Positions 47,636 to 57,918 of a stretch of DNA of 64,000 bases are shown here, one piece after another; position 1 is the first letter of the stretch; every line of letters starts with the position of its first letter. Below the pieces are notes generated by a model. That model was not told where the DNA came from. It saw only the letters and a program-made list of their open reading frames with translations, and searched no databases. The position numbers and the translations under genes were made by a program. This stretch comes from Candidatus Dojkabacteria bacterium HGW-Dojkabacteria-1. Its GTDB lineage: Bacteria; Patescibacteriota; Dojkabacteria; SC72. The stretch lies in contig PHAO01000001.1 in NCBI GenBank assembly GCA_002840365.1, positions 303,514 to 367,513 on the forward strand. Direction: 5' to 3'.

Positions 47636-48412
47636 ATGCAAATATCCTCACCTAAAACACAAGCCCTTGTTAACAGAATTAGCAGATTCTCTCCTGTAGT
47701 TTTTCTTAGAAGATATATTCTTTTAATAGCTTTCTTACTATTCTTTTTAATATCAAACATCGTTGGTCTTTGGAATGTGAGAAATATTGAATTTGGAATC
47801 AAAGAGGATTCAAATGTAAATATTTCAACACTAGGTGAATATGTGGAAGAGATTAAGGGTAAGAATATTTTTTTAGTGACACCTTCTGAGGTAGAGGAAA
47901 AATTAAATGAGTACAACGGATTTGTTAAGAGTATTAATGTTGAAAAAAGGATTCCTTCAACACTGTATATTCAAATAGAGGAGTATGAGCCAAAGTTCCT
48001 AGGATATGCATCGCAAAGGTGCAAACTTTTCTCTGAAGAAGGAGTAAGGATAGTTGAGATATGTAAGGAATGTGAAGAGGAGTGTGTTCAATACACTGAT
48101 ATATATCCTTCAATATATATATCAAGCAACTCTTCTTTAGAGAATTCAAGGAAATTAATATATACAGAGGAAATTGTAAAAGGATTAGAGATATTAAAGG
48201 TGTTTGGATATGAGATAATAAGTATTGATATATTAAATGGTATTGCTAGATTCGAAGGTATAGATAATCATATTTTTATTTTTGATATTTCAGAGAATTT
48301 AGAAATACAGTTAAACAGAATGTATATTGTTGGAAAGAAAATCAATGATGAGAATATGAATTTTAGAAGTTTAGACTTGCGTTTTGAGAGACCTGTAATG
48401 AAATTAGAATAG
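47636..48412 (+). CDS. ftsQ: FtsQ/DivIB-like POTRA protein
   Basis: TM, POTRA (KRIPSTLYIQIEE), LDLRF; upstream of ftsA. Confidence 0.85.
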   Translation: MQISSPKTQALVNRISRFSPVVFLRRYILLIAFLLFFLISNIVGLWNVRNIEFGIKEDSNVNISTLGEYVEEIKGKNIFLVTPSEVEEKLNEYNGFVKSINVEKRIPSTLYIQIEEYEPKFLGYASQRCKLFSEEGVRIVEICKECEEECVQYTDIYPSIYISSNSSLENSRKLIYTEEIVKGLEILKVFGYEIISIDILNGIARFEGIDNHIFIFDISENLEIQLNRMYIVGKKINDENMNFRSLDLRFERPVMKLE

Positions 48413-48552
48413 GATTTTATTGACATAAAGGGGTTACTTTGACAGAATTGGTAAATGTTCTTGCTAAGTAAATCTTTTTTGATTATATTATATAGAGATT
48501 GTAACTTATATAGATCTTTAATTTAAAGTAAAATTTGACTGCCGAAAACTAT

Positions 48553-49845
48553 ATGGCACGTAAAATAATAACAGCAATAGATGTTGGTTCCTCTAAAATC
48601 ACTACAGTAATATCTGCTGTAGAAGATAACCAAGCACCTTCGGTAATAGGTGTTTGCTCCTTTCCAAGTAAGGGTATAAAAAAGGGAGTTGTAGTTAATA
48701 TAGATGATGCTACTACTGCAATTTCTGAAAGTGTAACAGCTGCAGAGAGAATGGCAGGTGTAACAGTATCTGATGTATATGTCTCAATTAATGGTGAGGC
48801 AGTAACTAGTTTAAACAACAAAGGGGTTGTTGCAGTTGCTAGCTCAGAAATTACAATTGATGATACTTACAGAGCTATTGAAAATGCCAGAACACTTTCT
48901 TTACCAGAGAACCTTAATCCAATTCACATAATTCCTAGAGAGTTTGTTGTAGATAATCAAGGTGGTATTAAATATCCAATAGGTATGTCGGGTACTAGAT
49001 TAGAAGTTGAAACTCATATTATCACTGCACCTAATTCATATTGGCAAAATCTAAAGAAATGCGTAGAACAGTTAGGTTTAAATGTATATGATGTTGTTTT
49101 TGCAGGATGGGCGTCTTCTCTTAGTGTACTAACAGATACAGAAAAAGAATTAGGAGTAACACTTTTAGATATCGGAGCAGGAACTACAACTATCTCAATT
49201 TTTCAAGAAGGTTCAATAACTTACAGCAGTACAATTTCACTCGGTGGAATAAATATTACTAGTGATATAGCTATTGGTCTTCAAGTTTCTTTGGAAGATG
49301 CAGAAAAGATTAAAATACATATGAATGATTTGTTTGAGAACAAAGGTAGAACTAAAAAGATTGGTATGGATTCTACTCCTGCTCTTCTAAGAAGAGTTGA
49401 AGAAGACAAACCTAAACAGACAAAAGAGGATGAAATAGATTTGTCAATATTAGATATTCCTGGAAAGAAAGTTTCCAAGGATATGCTTAAAAAGATTGTA
49501 GAAGCAAGATGTGAAGAAATTTTTGAATTAGCAAGAGAGAATGTACAAAGAGCTGGATTTGATATTGCTATGCCTGCAGGTATTGTTCTTTCAGGTGGTT
49601 CATCTCTTCTAAGAGATTTAACAAAATTTACACAAGGTGTATTTGGAGTAGCTGCTAGAATAGGGTATCCTTCAGGATTAAGTGGAATGACAGAGGAAAT
49701 ATCTGATCCATCCTTTGCTTGTGTACAAGGCCTTATCAAACACGCTATAGATGATGATGTAGAAATAGATACTTCTCATGGTAAAAGTAGTGGTGGAAAT
49801 TTTATTGGAAAGATTACAAATTGGTTTAAGTCATTGATGCCATAA
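48553..49845 (+). CDS. ftsA: cell division protein FtsA
   Basis: AIDVGSSKI, GIKKGVVVNID, LDIGAGTT, GIVLSGG. Confidence 0.97.
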   Translation: MARKIITAIDVGSSKITTVISAVEDNQAPSVIGVCSFPSKGIKKGVVVNIDDATTAISESVTAAERMAGVTVSDVYVSINGEAVTSLNNKGVVAVASSEITIDDTYRAIENARTLSLPENLNPIHIIPREFVVDNQGGIKYPIGMSGTRLEVETHIITAPNSYWQNLKKCVEQLGLNVYDVVFAGWASSLSVLTDTEKELGVTLLDIGAGTTTISIFQEGSITYSSTISLGGINITSDIAIGLQVSLEDAEKIKIHMNDLFENKGRTKKIGMDSTPALLRRVEEDKPKQTKEDEIDLSILDIPGKKVSKDMLKKIVEARCEEIFELARENVQRAGFDIAMPAGIVLSGGSSLLRDLTKFTQGVFGVAARIGYPSGLSGMTEEISDPSFACVQGLIKHAIDDDVEIDTSHGKSSGGNFIGKITNWFKSLMP

Positions 49846-49878
49846 ACTGCCCAGATTTAATTTAAAGGTTTGATAGTT

Positions 49879-51120
49879 ATGTTAGTAACAACAAACATAG
49901 ACCCAGTAGCCAAAATTAAGGTGGTTGGGGTAGGTGGTGGTGGCTGTAATGCTATCAATACTATGATTCATGATTATGATATCACTGGTGTTGAATTCAT
50001 GGCGTTTAATACTGATGCGCAAGCATTAAAACAGTCAGAAGCCGAAATTACATTACAATTAGGAGAAGATCTTACCAAAGGTTTGGGTGTTGGTGGGAAT
50101 CATGAAACTGGAGCACAGGCTGCAGAAGAGAGCTTGGATCAAATTCAAGAGCTTTTAGAGGGTGCAGATATGGTCTTTATAACTGCAGGAATGGGTGGAG
50201 GAACAGGAACAGGTGCAGCTCCAATAATTGCTGGTGTAGCTAAGAATATGGGAGCTTTAACTGTAGCTGTAGTTACAAAGCCATTTGATTTTGAAGGTAA
50301 TAGAAGGAAAGAGGTTGCAGAGGAAGGTATTGCTGCATTGAGAGACAAAGTTGATACATTAATAATAGTTCCAAACCAAAGATTACTTGAAATTGCGGAT
50401 GCAAATATCTCCTTTATTGAAGCTATGAAAATGGTAGATTCTGTACTAGCTGAGGGTGTAAACAGTATTTCCAACCTAATCAGTCAAACAGGATATATTA
50501 ATGCAGACTTTAATGATGCAAAATCTGTAATGTTAAACTCAGGTACAGCCCTTATGGGTATTGGAAGAGCAAGTGGTGAAAACAGAGCAGAACTCGCAGC
50601 TAGAGCTGCAACAACAAGTCCACTTCTTGATATGTCCATAGAGGGTGCAACTGGTGTTCTTTACAATATTGTAGGTTCAGATTTAACCCTACCTGAAATA
50701 AGTATGGTTTCTGAATTAATTAAAGAAGCTGTTGATCCTTCTGCAAATATTAAATTTGGTGCTCAAATAGATCCCTCTTTGGGTGATGAGATAATAATAA
50801 CGATTGTTGCTACAGGATTTGATGAGAACAAACAGGTCTTTACAAAACAATTAAGAGGAGATGAAGAAGAGGATGCATTTGGATTGGGTGGAGTATCAGT
50901 AAAATCACCGATGTACAACAAGAAGGCAGAAGAGGAAACACTTGAGGAGAAAGATTCATTCTTTGACGAACCTGAAGAAGAGGAGTTAGTTGAAGAAGAG
51001 AAAGAACCTGTACAAAAGGGTGCTACAAAAAAAGTGGAATTCGATTTAGATGATGACTTTGATGATCCTTTAGACAAACCAGCTTTCATGCGAAGAATGT
51101 TTAAAGGGAAAAAAGATTAA
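49879..51120 (+). CDS. ftsZ: cell division protein FtsZ
   Basis: VGVGGGGCNA, GMGGGTGTG, NADFND, C-terminal LDKPAFMRR. Confidence 0.99.
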   Translation: MLVTTNIDPVAKIKVVGVGGGGCNAINTMIHDYDITGVEFMAFNTDAQALKQSEAEITLQLGEDLTKGLGVGGNHETGAQAAEESLDQIQELLEGADMVFITAGMGGGTGTGAAPIIAGVAKNMGALTVAVVTKPFDFEGNRRKEVAEEGIAALRDKVDTLIIVPNQRLLEIADANISFIEAMKMVDSVLAEGVNSISNLISQTGYINADFNDAKSVMLNSGTALMGIGRASGENRAELAARAATTSPLLDMSIEGATGVLYNIVGSDLTLPEISMVSELIKEAVDPSANIKFGAQIDPSLGDEIIITIVATGFDENKQVFTKQLRGDEEEDAFGLGGVSVKSPMYNKKAEEETLEEKDSFFDEPEEEELVEEEKEPVQKGATKKVEFDLDDDFDDPLDKPAFMRRMFKGKKD

Positions 51121-51121
51121 G

Positions 51122-51376
51122 GTGAAGATACAGGTAACTGTAAAAACTAAATCAAAAATTTCGGAAATATCTCATATTGAACATACCAATTACTTGGTTA
51201 GATTGAAATCTCTACCAATTGAAAATTTTGCAAACAAGGAATTGATAGAAATACTTTCAAAATACTTTAGAATTCCTCAATCTTCTATTAAAATACTTAA
51301 AGGATTAAAGAGTAAAAATAAGTTAGTGGAATTATCCGAAGGTGAAGATTCAAACAAAAGAGAAAAAAATATTTAA
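51122..51376 (+). CDS. DUF167/YggU family protein
   Basis: PIENFANKELIEILSKYF, GLKSKNK. Confidence 0.85.
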   Translation: MKIQVTVKTKSKISEISHIEHTNYLVRLKSLPIENFANKELIEILSKYFRIPQSSIKILKGLKSKNKLVELSEGEDSNKREKNI

Positions 51377-52661
51377 TATAGATCCTGTTATTCTTGTACC
51401 AACGATATTACTTTGTGTAGTGGGAATAGTAGCTTTACTTTCAACAACAATAACAACAGATGGTTCTTTTGGTGATACTTCTATAATTACTAAACAGATA
51501 GCATTTATACTTTTCGGTTTAGTTGTTTACTTCCTTCTTACCTTTTTTGATATATCTTTGCTTCGAATGTGGCAAATAGGGCTCCCTATATATATATTTA
51601 CGATACTCTTACTAATACTAGTTCTTTTAATAGGCCCTGTTGTAAATAATGTACAAAGATGGTTGGTTATTGGTGGAATACAGATACAACCTTCAGAAAT
51701 TGCAAAATTTACAGTAATATTAACAACTGCTACTGTTCTTTCTTACAAAGATAAATACAACGAATGGTTGTTGTTTTTTATATCTCTATTACTGACTCTT
51801 CCTATGGTAATCCTTATATACATGCAACCAAGTGGAAGTATGTCTATACTCACTCTTTTAATTTGGTTTTTGGTCGCTTTCACAGGTCTTAATAATCAAT
51901 TGAGAAATACAATAAACTTAATCATCATTACTTCTATTGTTCTTACATTTTTCTTAATAAGTGTCACAGGGAATTGGTATTTTCTTCTGCTTGCAGTAAT
52001 AGGTCTGATTATTGCAATCTTTGGATTCTACTACCAGGAATCATGGAAACTCTTTATAGTTGCTAGTTTAGTTATTAGTGTAATTCTTGGTTTGTTTTCA
52101 ACAATAATATATTCAAATGTCTTAAGACAGTATCAAAGAGATAGAATAGAGGTATTCTTAAACCCAACCGAGAATACCCAAGATTTAGGATTCAATGTTA
52201 ATCAGGCAAGAATAGCAATAGGTTCTGGTCAAATATGGGGTAAAGGATTTGGAAATGGAACACAAAGTAAAAGAAACTTCCTTCCTGAGCATCAAACAGA
52301 TTTCATATATGCATCATTTGCAGAAGAATTTGGTTTAGTAGGTTCTCTATTTTTACTCTTTATGTTTGGGGTCCTTATAACAAAGGGATTAATTGTATCT
52401 GTTAACAATTTTGATAATCCATTTTTTTCGATGTTGCTAATTGGTATTACTATGAAAATTCTGCTTGAGGTTTTTATCAATATAGGTACGAATACTGGAG
52501 CAATACCAGCTACTGGTATACCACTGCCTCTTGTCAGTGCAGGAGGAAGTATAACAGTGATGACCCTATTTTCTTTAGGAGTAATTCAAAGTATAATGAA
52601 TGCCAGTCAAAGTAAGCAAAAAAAGAGTAATATAATTGACAATTATGAATTTATAAATTAA
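51342..52661 (+). CDS. rodA: SEDS peptidoglycan polymerase (RodA/FtsW)
   Basis: QRW, IQPSEIAK, AIGSGQIWGKG, FLPEHQTDFI, TGIPLPLVSAGGS. Confidence 0.9.
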   Translation: MKIQTKEKKIFNIDPVILVPTILLCVVGIVALLSTTITTDGSFGDTSIITKQIAFILFGLVVYFLLTFFDISLLRMWQIGLPIYIFTILLLILVLLIGPVVNNVQRWLVIGGIQIQPSEIAKFTVILTTATVLSYKDKYNEWLLFFISLLLTLPMVILIYMQPSGSMSILTLLIWFLVAFTGLNNQLRNTINLIIITSIVLTFFLISVTGNWYFLLLAVIGLIIAIFGFYYQESWKLFIVASLVISVILGLFSTIIYSNVLRQYQRDRIEVFLNPTENTQDLGFNVNQARIAIGSGQIWGKGFGNGTQSKRNFLPEHQTDFIYASFAEEFGLVGSLFLLFMFGVLITKGLIVSVNNFDNPFFSMLLIGITMKILLEVFINIGTNTGAIPATGIPLPLVSAGGSITVMTLFSLGVIQSIMNASQSKQKKSNIIDNYEFIN

Positions 52662-52673
52662 AATCCATCCGTT

Positions 52674-53006
52674 ATGGTTAAATCCAATGAAAGTAAAAAA
52701 TTTGCAGTAATAAAGATCTCTGGAGTACAACTAAAAGTTTACGAAGGTAAAGAGTACGAAGTAAACAAATTAGAAGGAAAAAAAGGAGAGACATTAGAAA
52801 TACAAGAGGTATTACTTCTTCATGATGGTGAGAATACAAAAGTAGGTACTCCATTAGTAGAAGGTGCAAAAGTAGTATTAGAAATCACTTCCCAAAAGAA
52901 AGATGACAAAGTAAGAGTTTTCAAATACAAGGCAAAATCAAGATACAGAAAGACTCAAGGGCATAGAGCTTTGATAACAAGAGTTTCTGTTAAGTCTATT
53001 GCTTAA
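52674..53006 (+). CDS. rplU: 50S ribosomal protein L21
   Basis: VGTPLVEGAKV, VFKYKAKSRYRKTQGHR. Confidence 0.97.
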   Translation: MVKSNESKKFAVIKISGVQLKVYEGKEYEVNKLEGKKGETLEIQEVLLLHDGENTKVGTPLVEGAKVVLEITSQKKDDKVRVFKYKAKSRYRKTQGHRALITRVSVKSIA

Positions 53007-53007
53007 A

Positions 53008-54174
53008 ATGCGATATTTTTTCCAATCAGGTAGTTTTCAAGAGTTATCACAAGCAGAGTTAATCTGTGTATTAGATTCATACGGTATTCAAAAAGACAGT
53101 TTAAAGAATGTCGGTGGTGGAATTTTTGTTCTTGATACTAAAGATGTTACAGATGAAATTGTTAAAAAGATTTTTAACCGGTTAGGAGGATATATTAGAT
53201 ATGGTCATGTTGTAGAGGATTTAGATTCTTTTCTTCCTTCTTTCGAAGACATGAAGAAAGTAACTTTTGGAGTATCATATATTAGTAATATTGGTGGTGA
53301 GAGAAAGAGTATTGTTAAGTTATCAAATGATATTAAAAGATATTTTAAAAGTGTAGGAATTTCTTCAAGATTTTTAATACCGAAAAGTACTCAATTGAAT
53401 GAAGCTCAGATAAGGAATAATAATCTTTTACAAGAAGGTTTTGAGTTTTGTATATTCGATACAAATGAAATTCAAATGTATGGGAGAACACTTGGAGTTC
53501 AAGATGTAGAGAGTTTTGTACATAGGGATTTGGATAAACCAGAATCAGACTATCAAATGGGAGTATTACCACAGAAATTAGCACGTATTATGTGTAATTT
53601 AACATCTCTTAAACAGGGTATCTTGTGGGATCCATTCTGTGGTAGTGGTACCATCCTTATGGAAGCCTCTATGCTTGGTTTTGATGTATTAGGCTCAGAT
53701 ATTGATATTAAGGCCATTGAAAATTCAGATAAAAATATTCAGTGGTTGAAAGATGAAAACCTTATTACCGGTATAAAATACAATCTCTTTCAATTAGATA
53801 TCCGAAATGTTGAAAAAAGAATAGTCAAGGATTTAAAAAGAACAAATATAAGTGCTGTAGTATGTGAACCATTCATGGGACCACCTCAAAGGAAAGAAGT
53901 AACAGAGAGTAAGGCAGATATACTTCTTAAGGATGTTGAAGATTTATATATTTCTCTTTTTAAAATACTAAATGAAATTGCACACTCAGGATTTAAGTTA
54001 GTATTAGTAATTCCTTCATACAAGACAATAAAGGGTGAAAAAACTATAAATATTTCTCAATTTGCACAGAAAAAATGGGAAGTATTGAACAAGAAATATA
54101 CAAAAGGGGACTTGAAATGGAAGAGAAATAATAGTATTATCACAAGGAATATTTTCGTACTATCTAAAAGATAA
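53008..54174 (+). CDS. Trm11/TrmG10-like SAM-dependent RNA methyltransferase
   Basis: PQKLARIMCNL, WDPFCGSGTILMEA, GSDID, CEPFMGPP. Confidence 0.82.
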   Translation: MRYFFQSGSFQELSQAELICVLDSYGIQKDSLKNVGGGIFVLDTKDVTDEIVKKIFNRLGGYIRYGHVVEDLDSFLPSFEDMKKVTFGVSYISNIGGERKSIVKLSNDIKRYFKSVGISSRFLIPKSTQLNEAQIRNNNLLQEGFEFCIFDTNEIQMYGRTLGVQDVESFVHRDLDKPESDYQMGVLPQKLARIMCNLTSLKQGILWDPFCGSGTILMEASMLGFDVLGSDIDIKAIENSDKNIQWLKDENLITGIKYNLFQLDIRNVEKRIVKDLKRTNISAVVCEPFMGPPQRKEVTESKADILLKDVEDLYISLFKILNEIAHSGFKLVLVIPSYKTIKGEKTINISQFAQKKWEVLNKKYTKGDLKWKRNNSIITRNIFVLSKR

Positions 54175-54198
54175 TATTTAAGTTAAATACACAGAGAA

Positions 54199-54465
54199 AT
54201 GTCACATGTAGTAGGAGCAGGTAGTGTCTCAATGGGGTCAAATGTTGCAGGTAAGAGACTCGGAGTAAAGAAATTTGAAGGAGAGAAAGTAAAATCAGGA
54301 AACATTATCGTTAAGCAGAGAGGATCTGTGTATCATCCTGGTAAAAATACATATATGGCAAAAGATTACTCTATTCATGCTAAGGTTGAGGGAGTAGTCA
54401 AATTCAGAAGAATGAGTGGCTTCAAAAGAGGACAGTACTACATTGATGTGGTAGAATCTCTTTAA
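54199..54465 (+). CDS. rpmA: 50S ribosomal protein L27
   Basis: KRLGVKKF, GNIIVKQRG, HPGKN. Confidence 0.95.
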   Translation: MSHVVGAGSVSMGSNVAGKRLGVKKFEGEKVKSGNIIVKQRGSVYHPGKNTYMAKDYSIHAKVEGVVKFRRMSGFKRGQYYIDVVESL

Positions 54466-54470
54466 GAGTA

Positions 54471-55214
54471 ATGACTAAACAACATTTCATCCAAATAGAA
54501 AGCAAGAATGCATTGTTAGAACTACTTAAGGAAGGTAGGGAATTTGAACGTATATATCTTGCAAGTACTGCTTTTAGAGATGAAAAAACAAAAGAGATTG
54601 TAGATATCGCAAACTCTAAGAATATCCCCCTTATACGTGTACCAAGAAAAACACTTACAAGAAGACTTAAAGCTTCTAATTCTGAGAGTGTAGTAGGTAT
54701 GATGATTTCCCAAAACTATTGGTCATTAGAAGATTTACTTGAGAGTATATACTCCGAAAACAAAATGCCTTTCTTCTTAATACTTGATGATTTGAAATAT
54801 ACTCAAAATGTTGGAGCTATAATGAGAACTGCTTTTGCGGTCGGTGTTAATGGAATTATTACTGCTCCAAGTGATGTTGCTTTGGTTAATGATGAAACAA
54901 TGAGGGTATCTATGGGGGCAGCTGAAAGAATCCCAATTGTTGAAATGAGTTTGTTTACAGCGGTAAAGGAACTACAAAAAAATGATATTAAGGTGTTTGC
55001 AGTTCATATGGATGGAGAAAACTACTTTGAGAGTAACCTTAAAGGTCCTTGTGCCTTCATAGTTGGTGCAGAAGATGTTGGTATATCTACAGGTATGTTG
55101 GAAAGAGCTGATGAAAAAATCTCTATTCCAATGAGAGAGGGTATTGGTTCCTTGAATGTAAGCGTGAGTGCTGCAGTATTAATGTATGAGAAATTAAGAC
55201 AAGAAGTATCTTAA
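54471..55214 (+). CDS. rlmB: SPOUT RNA methyltransferase (RlmB/TrmH family)
   Basis: NVGAIMRTA, VGAEDVGI, IPMREGIGSLNVSVSAA. Confidence 0.88.
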   Translation: MTKQHFIQIESKNALLELLKEGREFERIYLASTAFRDEKTKEIVDIANSKNIPLIRVPRKTLTRRLKASNSESVVGMMISQNYWSLEDLLESIYSENKMPFFLILDDLKYTQNVGAIMRTAFAVGVNGIITAPSDVALVNDETMRVSMGAAERIPIVEMSLFTAVKELQKNDIKVFAVHMDGENYFESNLKGPCAFIVGAEDVGISTGMLERADEKISIPMREGIGSLNVSVSAAVLMYEKLRQEVS

Positions 55215-56080
55215 TCCTCAATTTCTAATCCAAGTTTGTGTAATATATCCTCTAAATCTGCTTTTGTAACAAATCTAATCTGTATCTTTCCACCTTTACT
55301 CATCTTTTTTATAGTTGTTGTATATCCTAACTTCTTTGTTAACCCTTCTGCATAAAGTAATAGGTCGGGATGGGAAGTTTGTACTCCAGTATATTTACCT
55401 TTCCTATTGTAATTTATTTTTCTTACTAAAGATTCTGTTTGTCTAACACTTAGACCTCTTTTGATTACAATATCTGTTGCAGCTACTAATGATTCTTCAT
55501 CTCTTATCCCAAGTAATGCTCTTGCATGTCCTTCACTAATAGATTCATTTAAGATAACCTCTTTTACCTCATTGGGTAATTTAAGTAATCTAATTTTGTT
55601 AGTAACTGTTACTCTGTTAAGACCAACCTTTCTTGCTATATCATCCTGGGAGAGTCCGAATTCATCTTGTAATTGAAGAAAGGAGTATGCCTCTTCAAGA
55701 GGATTGAGGTCCTTTCTTTGAATATTCTCTATTAAGGCTAATTCTAACATTTCTTGAGGAGAGGAATCCTTAATAACAACTGGTACATATTTAAAACCAG
55801 CAAGTTGAGCAGCCCTATATCTTCGTTCTCCAGCAATGATAAAATAATTCTCTGCAGAAGACTTGTCCTTAGTAATGATTAAAGGTTGTATTATTCCATG
55901 TTCTCGTATTGAATCTGCAATACTAATTAATTCCTCTGGATCAATGTTCATTCTTGGTTGGAAGGGGTTGGGTGATATTCTGTTAATATCAAACTTCTCC
56001 CTATATGCACTACTTGAGTTATCAATTTCATTTGCACTTATCAATGCTGCTAATCCTTTTCCTAATCTTTCTTCTGACAT
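55211..56080 (-). CDS. parB: chromosome partitioning protein ParB
   Basis: LGKGLAALI, PNPFQPR, AGERRYRA, ENIQRKDL. Confidence 0.96.
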   Translation of the reverse strand: MSEERLGKGLAALISANEIDNSSSAYREKFDINRISPNPFQPRMNIDPEELISIADSIREHGIIQPLIITKDKSSAENYFIIAGERRYRAAQLAGFKYVPVVIKDSSPQEMLELALIENIQRKDLNPLEEAYSFLQLQDEFGLSQDDIARKVGLNRVTVTNKIRLLKLPNEVKEVILNESISEGHARALLGIRDEESLVAATDIVIKRGLSVRQTESLVRKINYNRKGKYTGVQTSHPDLLLYAEGLTKKLGYTTTIKKMSKGGKIQIRFVTKADLEDILHKLGLEIED

Positions 56081-56097
56081 ATTTTTACATTAATAAT

Positions 56098-56889
56098 TTA
56101 AAAGAATCTTTTTATAAATTCCTCCGCTAAATCTTCATATGCCTGAGCTCCTGTAGATTTAGAATCATATTGGAATATTGTTTTTCCATGAGAGGGAGCT
56201 TCTGAAAGTCTTACATTTCTTGGGACAATAGATTTAAAAGCACTCTCTTTGAAGAATTCCTGTACATCACTTACTACACTTGAGGAAAGTTTTGTTCTAC
56301 TGTCATACATGGTTAGTATTACTCCTCCAATTGAAAGAGAAGGGTTTATACCTTTAATCAGTTTTGTAGTCTCTATGAGCTGTCCTAGGCCTTCTAGCGC
56401 GAAGTATTCACATTGGATAGGTATGAGTAGTTTGTCTGCTGCACTTAAAGCGTTAATTGTTAACAATCCAAGGGATGGAGGACAGTCAATTAACACTATA
56501 TCAATATTCTTTTCTACTTTTGTTAATGCTTTTCTTAGTAATGTCTCTCTAGCTAACATATTGACCATTTCAATTTCTGCTCCTGCTAATGAAAGATGTG
56601 ATGGTACCAAAAAAAGGTTAGGTGTAGAGGTAGTAACAAATACTGAGGGTATCTCTGTAGAGTTTACTAATACATCATAAATACTTTTGTATGGGGCTTC
56701 TTGAGTTGAATTCCAACTCTTTTTATCAAATTGCTGTGTGAATCCAACCCCAGATGAAAGATTAGCTTGAGGATCTAAATCGATGAGGAGTACCTTTTTA
56801 CCTTTGTTAGCAAGCGCTGCTCCTAGATTTATTGTAGTAGTAGTTTTACCTACACCTCCCTTTTGGTTAGCAATTACGAAAATTTTCAT
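56098..56889 (-). CDS. parA: chromosome partitioning ATPase ParA/Soj
   Basis: NQKGGVGKTTT, DLDPQAN, DCPPSLG, EAPSHG. Confidence 0.97.
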   Translation of the reverse strand: MKIFVIANQKGGVGKTTTTINLGAALANKGKKVLLIDLDPQANLSSGVGFTQQFDKKSWNSTQEAPYKSIYDVLVNSTEIPSVFVTTSTPNLFLVPSHLSLAGAEIEMVNMLARETLLRKALTKVEKNIDIVLIDCPPSLGLLTINALSAADKLLIPIQCEYFALEGLGQLIETTKLIKGINPSLSIGGVILTMYDSRTKLSSSVVSDVQEFFKESAFKSIVPRNVRLSEAPSHGKTIFQYDSKSTGAQAYEDLAEEFIKRFF

Positions 56890-56921
56890 TTGTATAATCT
56901 ATCATGTTTCACGAATGGAGT

Positions 56922-57527
56922 CTACAATCCATAACTCTCATGAGTAACTAGTCTAAATTCTGAAAATGGGAAGTATACTATCCATGCTTTCCCCTTAATT
57001 CTTTCTTTTGAAATTGGTCCAAACTCTCTAGAATCTGAACTGTTTGGTCTGTTATCACCTGATACAAAATATTGTCCTTCTGGAACTGTAATACTTTGTC
57101 CTTCATGTATGTATGATCCACCATTTGTAATTACAGAGTCTGCTAGATAGTTGCCTTCATTTAATTTATCACCATTGATATATATGCTTCCATCTTTTAT
57201 CATTACTTCATCCCCAGGTATACCAATTACTCTCTTTATGAAATCCTGAGTATCAGAATATTTGAAGATAACGACATCTCCTCTTTGGGGTTCTGTAAAT
57301 CTGTAGGTAATTTTGTTAGCCATTAAGTACTCTCCATTTTTGTATGTAGGATGCATAGAATTTCCAACTACCTCATGTGGTGTCATTATGAAAAGATACA
57401 ATACAACTGCTAGTACTAATGCAACAACAACTGTTTCAATAAAGGATGAGATAAAGCTTCCAACAGATGCGAAAACTTCAGTTGCTTTAACCTTACCACT
57501 TACTTCACTCTCTGATGATTCGTACAT
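56922..57527 (-). CDS. lepB: signal peptidase I
   Basis: SMHPT, RGDVVIF, IKRVIG, GDNRPNSSDSR. Confidence 0.96.
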   Translation of the reverse strand: MYESSESEVSGKVKATEVFASVGSFISSFIETVVVALVLAVVLYLFIMTPHEVVGNSMHPTYKNGEYLMANKITYRFTEPQRGDVVIFKYSDTQDFIKRVIGIPGDEVMIKDGSIYINGDKLNEGNYLADSVITNGGSYIHEGQSITVPEGQYFVSGDNRPNSSDSREFGPISKERIKGKAWIVYFPFSEFRLVTHESYGL

Positions 57528-57552
57528 TCTTTTGGGGCATAAATTTAAGAAT

Positions 57553-57628
57553 TGGTACCGCTACGGGGAATCGAACCCCGGTTTACAGGATGAAAACCTG
57601 TCGTCCTAGTCCACTAGACGATAGCGGC
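57553..57628 (-). tRNA. tRNA-Glu(TTC)
   Basis: Acceptor GCCGCTA/TAGCGGT plus ACCA; anticodon arm ACAGG-TT-TTC-AT-CCTGT. Confidence 0.97.
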
Positions 57629-57647
57629 TTACCTGAAGTAGATTTTA

Positions 57648-57890
57648 CTACACTAAAGCCTTTTTGGAAAGTTCTTTTAGGAATTGTTGTTCCTCTTGGA
57701 AGCTAGCTCTTTGATATTCATTTAACTCTTTGTTAAAGATATATCTTCTTTTACATTTACACTCTACCATTTCTCTTCTTTCTGAGATTTTTCCTATTCT
57801 TTTAGCTTTATCCAATGGGTTTGTACATCCTACACACATTCTTTTTTCTAAAAGTACTTTCTGGAAGGGAGATACAAGTTTCTTATACAT
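57648..57890 (-). CDS. small zinc-ribbon-like hypothetical protein
   Basis: 80 aa from MYKKL; CVGC and CKC motifs; the longer ORF call overlaps tRNA-Leu. Confidence 0.7.
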   Translation of the reverse strand: MYKKLVSPFQKVLLEKRMCVGCTNPLDKAKRIGKISERREMVECKCKRRYIFNKELNEYQRASFQEEQQFLKELSKKALV

Positions 57891-57918
57891 GATTTTGTAA
57901 AAAGTAAGTAAATATATT

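Noticed and set aside
55211-57000. Replication origin near parAB
   Set aside because: No dnaA, no DnaA-box cluster and no sizeable intergenic region
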